Positions 57,006 through 64,000 of a DNA stretch of 64,000 nucleotides are shown piece by piece (position 1 is the first letter of the stretch; every line of letters begins with the position of its first letter). The position numbers and the translations under genes were made by a program. The stretch comes from Nitrospirota bacterium (lineage in GTDB: Bacteria; Nitrospirota; Nitrospiria; 2-01-FULL-66-17), in contig JBMOMC010000043.1 in assembly GCA_049325335.1 (NCBI GenBank), forward strand, positions 34,202-98,201, read 5' to 3'. The notes under the pieces were generated by a model, which saw nothing but the letters and a program-made list of their open reading frames with translations, searched no databases and had not been told where the DNA came from.

Positions 57006-58745
57006 GTGGGGTTGATCGCCCGGCGGGTGCTCCGCCGCCTTCCTGTCTTTCTGGTGGTGATCGCGCTCTGGCCCGCCGTGGCCTACGGCCTCAGCCTGTT
57101 CAAAGGCGTGATGCCGGGCAAGGTCGCCGAACCGCACGCCAAAACCGAGGAGGAGTGCTTTGATTGCCACGCCGCATTGGGCAAGTCCTTTATCGCCAAG
57201 TGCGTGGCCTGTCACAAGGAAGTCGGCGTGGACCGACAGAAGAAACGGGGGTTCCACGGCAAAACCGACACGGAACGATGCGAGCGCTGTCACGCGGAGC
57301 ACAAGGGGCGCGCGTTCCAGCTCATCACGTTCGACTCCAAAACTTTTGATCACACCAAGACCGAATACCGCTTAGAGGGTAAGCACCAGGATGTGCGGTG
57401 CGAGCAGTGCCACGTGAAGCCCAAATTCCGCGAAACCCCCTCCGCGTGCGTGGCCTGTCACCGCAAAGACGACTATCACAAGGGCACGCTCGGCGACGCC
57501 TGCCAGCAGTGTCACGTCCCGGCCTCGTGGAAGGAGATTCGTTTCGACCACGCCAAAACCAAATTTCCATTGGAGGGCAAACATCAGCCGGTCACGTGCG
57601 AGCAATGTCACGTGAAAGGGTTGGACGCGAAAGATACCCCGACCGACTGTGTGGCCTGTCACCGCAAAGACGACCCGCACAAGATGATCTTGGGCGAGCG
57701 GTGCGAGAGTTGCCACACGGCGGCGGATTGGAAACGGAGCACGTTTAATCACGACACGACCGACTACCCGCTGACGGGGAAACACCGGCCCGTCGAGTGC
57801 CTGGGCTGCCACAAAACGCCCAAACTCGCCGAAACCCCTCAATCCTGCTACGCGTGCCATAAGAAGGACGATCGGCACAAGGGCTCGCTGGGAACGCAGT
57901 GCGCGGACTGCCACACGCCCACGGACTGGAAGCAATTTCGCTTTGATCACTCCAAGACCAAGTATCCGCTGCTGGCCAAACACCAGGAGGTGGTGTGTGA
58001 GAAGTGCCACGCCAACGAGCGGTACAAGAACACGCCGATGGAGTGCGTGGCCTGCCATAAGAAAGACGACGAGCATAAGGGGTTGCTCGGTCCGCGCTGC
58101 GAGAATTGTCACGTGGAGCGGGGATGGAAACAGACCACGTTCGATCACGACAAGACCGATTTTCGTCTGCGCGACGCGCACGTGACGGTCAGATGCGACG
58201 CGTGCCACACCACGCCGAAGCTGAAGGAGACGCCGACGACCTGTCACGGCTGCCATCAGAAAGACGACGTGCACAAGACCAAACTGGGTGATCGCTGCGA
58301 GCAATGCCACGACGTCAAGACCTGGAAAAAGGCGCCGCGATTCGACCATCAGAAGACCGAGTTTCCGTTAAAAGGTAAACACGAACCCGTGCCGTGCAAG
58401 AAGTGTCACGCCACCAAGCTGTTCGCGGACGCGGCAAAGGTCTGCGTCGAGTGTCACAAGAAGGACGACGAACATAAGGGGCGGTTCGGAGCCCGATGTG
58501 AGCGCTGCCATACGGATCAAACCTGGGAGCGCAAGGACTTCGACCACAAAAAAGAAGCCGGGTACGCGCTGGACGGCGCGCACAAGAAGGTCAAGTGTCT
58601 GACGTGCCACACGCGTCCGCTGTTTAGCACCAAGACGTCGACGCTCTGCGGCGTTTGCCACCGTAACGACGATGCCCACGACGGCGCGCTCGGCCCTCGC
58701 TGCGAACGCTGCCACACCGTGGAGACGTTCGTCATCCGGCGATAA
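57006..58745 (+). CDS. 24-heme c-type cytochrome built from tri-heme repeats (putative periplasmic MHC)
   Basis: 24 CxxCH counted. Signal peptide. Seven ~66-aa units FDHxxTxF/YxLxGxHxxVxCxxCH...CxxCHxxDDxHxGxLGxxCxxCH plus 3 N-terminal hemes. Confidence 0.93.
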   Translation: MGLIARRVLRRLPVFLVVIALWPAVAYGLSLFKGVMPGKVAEPHAKTEEECFDCHAALGKSFIAKCVACHKEVGVDRQKKRGFHGKTDTERCERCHAEHKGRAFQLITFDSKTFDHTKTEYRLEGKHQDVRCEQCHVKPKFRETPSACVACHRKDDYHKGTLGDACQQCHVPASWKEIRFDHAKTKFPLEGKHQPVTCEQCHVKGLDAKDTPTDCVACHRKDDPHKMILGERCESCHTAADWKRSTFNHDTTDYPLTGKHRPVECLGCHKTPKLAETPQSCYACHKKDDRHKGSLGTQCADCHTPTDWKQFRFDHSKTKYPLLAKHQEVVCEKCHANERYKNTPMECVACHKKDDEHKGLLGPRCENCHVERGWKQTTFDHDKTDFRLRDAHVTVRCDACHTTPKLKETPTTCHGCHQKDDVHKTKLGDRCEQCHDVKTWKKAPRFDHQKTEFPLKGKHEPVPCKKCHATKLFADAAKVCVECHKKDDEHKGRFGARCERCHTDQTWERKDFDHKKEAGYALDGAHKKVKCLTCHTRPLFSTKTSTLCGVCHRNDDAHDGALGPRCERCHTVETFVIRR

Positions 58746-59006
58746 CGTCCGAGATCATCCGATCGTCAGTCCCTCGCCCCCCTGACGGGACCATGTCCAT
58801 ACGCCACATCACGGGCCACCGCAGGTGATGGCAATAGTCGAAATTGGCAACCTCGTCTACACTATCCGCACAATTCTGTTGCGAAGAACATGTTCGGTGT
58901 CGGAGGCGTGCTGATGCGGCGATTCCCATTACAAATGGGGACGGTGACCGTGGAGGCGAGCGGTTGTGTCGATTTGTTTTACCCAGTCGGGAGATGACCG
59001 GGGGCC

Positions 59007-62000
59007 ATGCCGGTTGCCCGTAACACATCCATGACGGTTGTTGCGCTGGCCGCGGCGGTCGTGGTGTTTGCGATCGGCAACTACGGTCTCGGATTTTCGC
59101 AATGGACGGTCCACTGGTGGGCGGACATCGCGTGGACCCTCGCGTCTGCGCTTACCGGTTGGAAATGCCTCGACACCGCCAAGCGCCGGCAGGGGCCGTA
59201 CCGAAAAGCCTGGATCCTGTTCGGGGCCGCGTGCGGGGCCTGGTTTCTGGGCATGCTCTACTGGGACTATCGGGAATTGGTGTTGCGAGAGGTCACGCCG
59301 TTTCCCGCCTTCTCCGATGTCGGGTTCATGCTGTTCGCGCCGCTGTGTATGGCCGGGATGTTGTGGTATCGAGCCGAAACCCCGACCGCGCGGGTCACCC
59401 TGAAACAACTCTGCAACCTCGGAATCATCGTGTCCGCGATCACTATTTCCGTACCGGTCACCGTGATCGGCGCCATGCGGGCCTCACCGGAGTCCCCGTT
59501 GTATCTGGCGGCGGCCGTGACCTATCCGATTCTCTATCTAACGGCGTTTGTGTTCGGCGTCGTCTGTCTGTGGCTGTACGTGTGGGGAGAAAATCGGAAG
59601 GTCTTTTTATTGCTTGTGGCCGGGGTAGCGGTTCACGCCGCGACGGACACGTTGTACGCGGCAGCCTTGTTGGGCCGGACCTATGAGGCCGGGAACTATC
59701 TGGACGTGTACTGGATCGCGGGGTTCGCGTTGATTTATGCGGCGGCCGCAACGCAGGACGCGGTGAGCGCCGACCTCGCCGGCCATGACCGGGCAGAAGA
59801 GGGTCGGCGGGGAGGCGAACTGGAGAACCTCGTCTCCGCGGCCACGCTTGTGGTTGTCGCCACCGTGTTGTACGTCTTTCGAGCGAACCTACAAGGCGGC
59901 ATCGTCACCCATGTGTTTGCGTTCGGGGTGATCGGGATCGCCTTCGTGGGGATCAAGGAGTGGTGGGGAAATCGTGTCGAGCGGATTCTGCAAGGCGATC
60001 TCTCCTCATCGCTGAACGCCTTGGCGCGCAATGAAGCCCGACTGGCCGGTATCTTGGAGATTGCTCCGGAGGGGATCATTTCCGTGGACGCCGGGCAGCG
60101 AATCGTGCTGTTTAATAAAGGCGCTGAAAGTCTCTTCGGCTATTCCGAACACGAAGCGCTCGGCCACCCCATCGACTTGTTGATTCCCGATCGCTTACAC
60201 GCCGCGCACCGCGCTCACGTGGCTGCCTTCGCGGCGGCCCCCATGACGTCGCTTCGCATGGATGAGCGCCGGGAGATCGCGGCCCGCAGAAAAGACGGGA
60301 CCGAGTTCCCGGCGGAAGGGTCATTGTCCAAACTGATCTTGGGTCGCGACGTGTTCTTCACCGTGGTGATCCGGGACATCACCGAACGCCGACGCGCGGC
60401 GGAGCGGTTACAGCACCGGCTCGAACTGGAGCAGACCATTGCCGCGATTTCAGCCCGCCTCGTCAATCTCCAGTCGGAGACGGCGCATGACGGCATTCAA
60501 GATGCCGTGCGAACACTCGGCGAGTTCTTAGGGGGTGATCGGAGTTATGCGGGTCTGTTTTCCGTGGATCGCGAAACGATCGCGTACACCGTTGAGTGGT
60601 GCGCGGAAGGGGTCCAGCCCGGGAGCGAGCGGTTTAACGACGGGTCGCGCGAGCGGTTCCCGTGGTTCATGAACACGATGCGGAAGGCGGAGATCGCACG
60701 TGTTCCGCGTCTCTCGTCGTTGCCGTCCGACGCCGCCGTGGAGCAACGGGCTTTCCAAGAGGCGGGCGTGCGGTCCGCACTGTTTGTCCCGATGGTGCAC
60801 GCGCACTCCGCCATGGGTTTCCTCGCGGTCGAGTCGGTTCGGGATGAAACGGCTTGGACTGAGGAGGACGTCAACCTGCTCAAAGTCGTGGGCGAGATGT
60901 TGACCAATGTCCTGCTCCGCAGGCAGGCCGAGCAAACGTTGGCGGAGCAAGTGATCCGCGACCCCCTCACCAATCTCTATAATCGGCGCTATTTTGCCCA
61001 TCGTATCCACGAGAGCCTCATGCTGGCGGAACGCAACGGCCAGTGCCTGGCGGTGTTGGCGTGTGACTTGGACCATTTTAAACGCGTCAACGATACCCAG
61101 GGCCATCAAGCGGGGGATCAGGTCCTGAAAGACGTGGCGGGACGGGTCAACGAGTCCATTCGAGGGGGGGACAGCGCGTTCCGGTGGGGAGGAGACGAGA
61201 TCACCATCCTACTGACCAATACCAGTAAGGAGGGGGTACTGGTCGCGGCGCAACGCATCCGGGACAGCGTGAGAAAACTGAAGGCTGCGTCGGAGAGCGG
61301 CCTGGATATCAGCATCGGCATCGCTTTGTACCCCGAACACGGACGAACCGCGGACGAGCTGGTCCGCCTCGCGGACCGCGCGTTGTACATCGCCAAAAAA
61401 GGCGGCGACAAAATTCATATCGGGGAAGAGGAGTACGCCCTGAAAGAGGGCACCATCCGCGTGGTATTTCAACCGGTGCAGGATCTCCGTCTCAACGAGC
61501 CCACGGGATTTGAGGCGCTCAGCCGTGACGCCCAGGGCAAACTCAGCATCCTGGACTTGTTTAAGAAGTACCAGGCGATCGGGTTATTGGATGACTTAAA
61601 ACGCCTCTGTTTTACGAGTCAGATGAAGACGGCTCAAGCCGTGGGCCTGAAGAAGGTCTTCATCAACGTGGATTTTAAGCTGCTCGGCAAACTCCAGCCG
61701 TCCCCCGTCCCGACGGGGTTGGACGTCGTGCTCGAGATTTCAGAGGCGGAAGCGCTGCATGACGTGGAGAACCATCTGGCCATTGCCAAGCAGTGGCGGG
61801 CGTACGGCTATAAGTTGGCCATCGATGATTTCGGGGCGGGCTTCGTGTCCCTGCCGTTTATCGCCCGGTTGATTCCCGAACACATCAAACTGGACCGTTC
61901 CACCGTGCTGCAGGCGGTGGAGTCCACGCGGTTCAGGAGAATCTTGAAAGATCTGCTGTTGGGGCTTCGCAATTGCTCGACCGAGGGGATCATTGCGGAA

Positions 62001-62144
62001 GGCATCGAGTCCGCTGAGGAGTTGGAAGTGATGCGGGAGTTGGGCATCTATTTGGTCCAGGGGTATCTGTTGGGCAGGCCGAAAGAGCTAACACCACTGG
62101 CTGAGTCCGATTTGCCGCAACAATCCGCGAAGAACGCCGCCTAG
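59007..62144 (+). CDS. membrane-bound diguanylate cyclase/phosphodiesterase (multi-TM sensor, PAS, GAF, GGDEF, EAL)
   Basis: DPLTNLYNRR, DLDHFKRVND, RGGD I-site, GGDEI, FEALSR, IDDFGAG, IKLD, AEGIE, QGYLLGRP. Confidence 0.92.
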   Translation: MPVARNTSMTVVALAAAVVVFAIGNYGLGFSQWTVHWWADIAWTLASALTGWKCLDTAKRRQGPYRKAWILFGAACGAWFLGMLYWDYRELVLREVTPFPAFSDVGFMLFAPLCMAGMLWYRAETPTARVTLKQLCNLGIIVSAITISVPVTVIGAMRASPESPLYLAAAVTYPILYLTAFVFGVVCLWLYVWGENRKVFLLLVAGVAVHAATDTLYAAALLGRTYEAGNYLDVYWIAGFALIYAAAATQDAVSADLAGHDRAEEGRRGGELENLVSAATLVVVATVLYVFRANLQGGIVTHVFAFGVIGIAFVGIKEWWGNRVERILQGDLSSSLNALARNEARLAGILEIAPEGIISVDAGQRIVLFNKGAESLFGYSEHEALGHPIDLLIPDRLHAAHRAHVAAFAAAPMTSLRMDERREIAARRKDGTEFPAEGSLSKLILGRDVFFTVVIRDITERRRAAERLQHRLELEQTIAAISARLVNLQSETAHDGIQDAVRTLGEFLGGDRSYAGLFSVDRETIAYTVEWCAEGVQPGSERFNDGSRERFPWFMNTMRKAEIARVPRLSSLPSDAAVEQRAFQEAGVRSALFVPMVHAHSAMGFLAVESVRDETAWTEEDVNLLKVVGEMLTNVLLRRQAEQTLAEQVIRDPLTNLYNRRYFAHRIHESLMLAERNGQCLAVLACDLDHFKRVNDTQGHQAGDQVLKDVAGRVNESIRGGDSAFRWGGDEITILLTNTSKEGVLVAAQRIRDSVRKLKAASESGLDISIGIALYPEHGRTADELVRLADRALYIAKKGGDKIHIGEEEYALKEGTIRVVFQPVQDLRLNEPTGFEALSRDAQGKLSILDLFKKYQAIGLLDDLKRLCFTSQMKTAQAVGLKKVFINVDFKLLGKLQPSPVPTGLDVVLEISEAEALHDVENHLAIAKQWRAYGYKLAIDDFGAGFVSLPFIARLIPEHIKLDRSTVLQAVESTRFRRILKDLLLGLRNCSTEGIIAEGIESAEELEVMRELGIYLVQGYLLGRPKELTPLAESDLPQQSAKNAA

Positions 62145-62280
62145 CCACGCCCCGCGTGAGATCGCTCGCGCGATCGTGAAGACGAGTCGACCGCCCTCGC
62201 GATATCGCGCCCCGCTTGACCCGTTGGGGGCGATTCCGTACGATTCCGCGCGACGTGAGGATACGCCTGTTGCGTCTGCC

Positions 62281-62661
62281 ATGAGCCGAAGTCTCGCCGC
62301 GGTGGTCATCGGATACCTTGCGCTTGCGGTCGTCACCGCGGCCAAATGGCTGGCCCTTAAGCGGTTTGTCCCCCAGATTCTGCCGGCCCCGGGTGACGAC
62401 GTGTTTCCCGACACGACGTGGCTCTTGGCCATGCTCGGCTCGGATCTGGGTCTGATGATCGGCGCGGGGTATGTCGCGGCCGTTATTGCCGGTCGCGCGC
62501 CGATCGCGCACGCGGTCGCGCTCGGCGCGGTCATCGTGACGCTCGGATTGACGTGGATGTTCGTGTTGTGGGGGTGGATGCCCCTGTGGTATCAGGTGAT
62601 CGTGGTATCGGTCGCGGTGCCCGCGGCTGCGACCGGCGGGGCCCTGCGCGCGTCGTCCTGA
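62281..62661 (+). CDS. small 4-TM membrane protein
   Basis: Hydrophobic helices, AGYVAA.IA, P.WY motif. Confidence 0.7.
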   Translation: MSRSLAAVVIGYLALAVVTAAKWLALKRFVPQILPAPGDDVFPDTTWLLAMLGSDLGLMIGAGYVAAVIAGRAPIAHAVALGAVIVTLGLTWMFVLWGWMPLWYQVIVVSVAVPAAATGGALRASS

Positions 62662-62680
62662 CGGTATCCGTTACCCGTTA

Positions 62681-62710
62681 TTGACACGCGCGCCGCGCCG
62701 CGCCTATCAT
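62681..62710 (+). promoter_or_regulatory. sigma70-type promoter
   Basis: TTGACA-N18-TATCAT. Confidence 0.65.
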
Positions 62711-62789
62711 CCCTCACCCGGCGCCCGACCCGTGGATGAGTCCGGCGCGCGGAACAGGCTGCTCGCACACGTTGAAAAGGATGTCTCGC

Positions 62790-63215
62790 ATGGTCGGACC
62801 GGTAAGTCGAGTGGTGGTCGTGGCGTGCTCGTGGGTAGTTCTCATGGCTGCGCCGGGTTTTGCGGCGGAGGCTCCGTCAAAGTCGTCCGAGAAGATGTCC
62901 GAGTTGGAGCGGTACGTTCGGATCCAAATCGAGATCGGCGCGGCCATGAAGGACTTCTTCGCCAGCATGGGGCCGGGCGCGGTGAATCCGCCCCCGGATC
63001 AGCGCGAAGCCATGGTGGAACAGGTGGATCAAACGGTGTCGTCGATCCTGAAAAAATACGGGCTGACCACCGAAGAATACAACCGGCGCAAACGCGAGGT
63101 GTTCGAAGACGACGCCGCGGTCGAATCCTTTCTCAACGCGCACCCGGATCTGAAAACCCAATGGGACGCCTTGCCGTTCAAGGGCGCCGGCCACGGGCGG
63201 CGACCGTATCAATAA
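62790..63215 (+). CDS. secreted helical protein (DUF4168-like)
   Basis: Signal peptide ending AAEA, ELERYV, ILKKYGLTTEEYN. Confidence 0.6.
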   Translation: MVGPVSRVVVVACSWVVLMAAPGFAAEAPSKSSEKMSELERYVRIQIEIGAAMKDFFASMGPGAVNPPPDQREAMVEQVDQTVSSILKKYGLTTEEYNRRKREVFEDDAAVESFLNAHPDLKTQWDALPFKGAGHGRRPYQ

Positions 63216-63218
63216 CGC

Positions 63219-64000
63219 TCAGGGCGCCCCGGCTTTGCCCGCCACGGTGTAAAGCCACAACCCCACCCATTCGTTGATCGCCTCAGAACTGTTCCGGAAC
63301 GCCCACAGCTCCGGGAGGTACTCCCGGATGCCAGCCGCGCGGGCGCCGGTCAAATACTCGCATGGAAACGCGGTGGGCGTCAGGTCTTGCCGCCTGAACA
63401 ATGCCATCGCTCGCGGCATGTGGAGCGCGGACGTCACCAAGGCGATCCGTTTTCCGGGCCCGAGGATCCGGCTGGTCTCCACCGCGTTTTCGTAGGTGGT
63501 GCGTGAGCGCGGCTCGACGCGCACCTCGCCGGGCACGGGGCCGAGCAACTGGAGCGTGCGAGCCATGATCTCCGCCTCGGGTGTGTGTTCCGCGAACGGA
63601 TCCACGTTGCCGCCGGAGAGAATCAGCCGTGGCGCGATCCGATCCGTCATGAGTGCCCGACCGCACACGAGCCGATCCAGAGATTCGGGGGAGAGGCGAT
63701 CCTCCATCCGGAGCCCGCCTTTACGGTGGACGCCGCCGGCAAGGACCACCACCGCGTCGTAGGTGGAGGTCCCGGAGCCTCCGCGGATCGCGGGCGGCAC
63801 GGGGTAACGCTGTTCGATCGATCCGGTCAACATCCTCGCCGCAGGTGGGAGCGAGAGTCCGTACGCGATCACGAACGCCGTTATCAAACACGCGTGGAGC
63901 AATTTTCTGCGTCCGCGCCAGGAGGCGATCAACGCCAGGAGGAGCAGGATCAGGATCCACGTGAGCGGATACACGGCGAGCTTGCTGATTTTGTAGACCG
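63219..64000 (-). CDS. YdcF/ElyC family (DUF218) protein, 5' end runs off the window
   Basis: VVLAGG, ILSGG, EA..M, E..SRTTYENA, LVTSALHMPRA, EWVG. The frame is open to the window edge. Confidence 0.9.
   Translation of the reverse strand, partial: VYKISKLAVYPLTWILILLLLALIASWRGRRKLLHACLITAFVIAYGLSLPPAARMLTGSIEQRYPVPPAIRGGSGTSTYDAVVVLAGGVHRKGGLRMEDRLSPESLDRLVCGRALMTDRIAPRLILSGGNVDPFAEHTPEAEIMARTLQLLGPVPGEVRVEPRSRTTYENAVETSRILGPGKRIALVTSALHMPRAMALFRRQDLTPTAFPCEYLTGARAAGIREYLPELWAFRNSSEAINEWVGLWLYTVAGKAGAP

Noticed and set aside
58746..59006. Possible structured ncRNA or riboswitch upstream of the GGDEF-EAL gene
   Set aside because: Only short hairpins are visible and I recognised no family consensus. 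An Rfam/Infernal scan would be needed.

Overview
GC-rich, gene-dense chromosomal window with about 50 CDS and 3 tRNAs (Arg-UCG, His-GUG, Glu-CUC). I found no integrase, transposase, prophage or CRISPR array. The style of the housekeeping proteins suggests a Nitrospirota-like diderm bacterium; this is inference and was not checked by search. Core genes include gap-pgk-tpiA-secG, tkt, pgl, rlmN, tlyA, ftsH, ampG, cobO and a lytic transglycosylase. Two accessory systems stand out. (1) 52.8-58.7 kb: a five-gene operon behind a sigma54-type promoter encoding a 14-heme tandem-repeat cytochrome c, a TPR-lipoprotein/beta-barrel fusion, a cytoplasmic Rieske ferredoxin, an inner-membrane protein with di-heme b-type His spacing and a 24-heme cytochrome c. 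It resembles a PCC3-type porin-cytochrome conduit, possibly extended into the cytoplasm. (2) 0-6.7 kb: head-to-head duplicated nfuA, an ATP-grasp ligase, a B12-type radical SAM enzyme with a CCAEP tail, a DUF169 protein and a DASS transporter, a candidate uncharacterised biosynthetic or metal(loid) pathway. Other oddities are a Clp-N repeat/excisionase-like HTH fusion with a 10-bp periodic operator, a PilB-like ATPase apparently starting at ATC, a 35-codon coupled leader ORF before a hybrid kinase, a PilZ domain inserted in a DUF6982-like protein, a three-lipoprotein hydrolase operon and several apparently leaderless genes. All family calls come from motif recognition by eye, not database searches.
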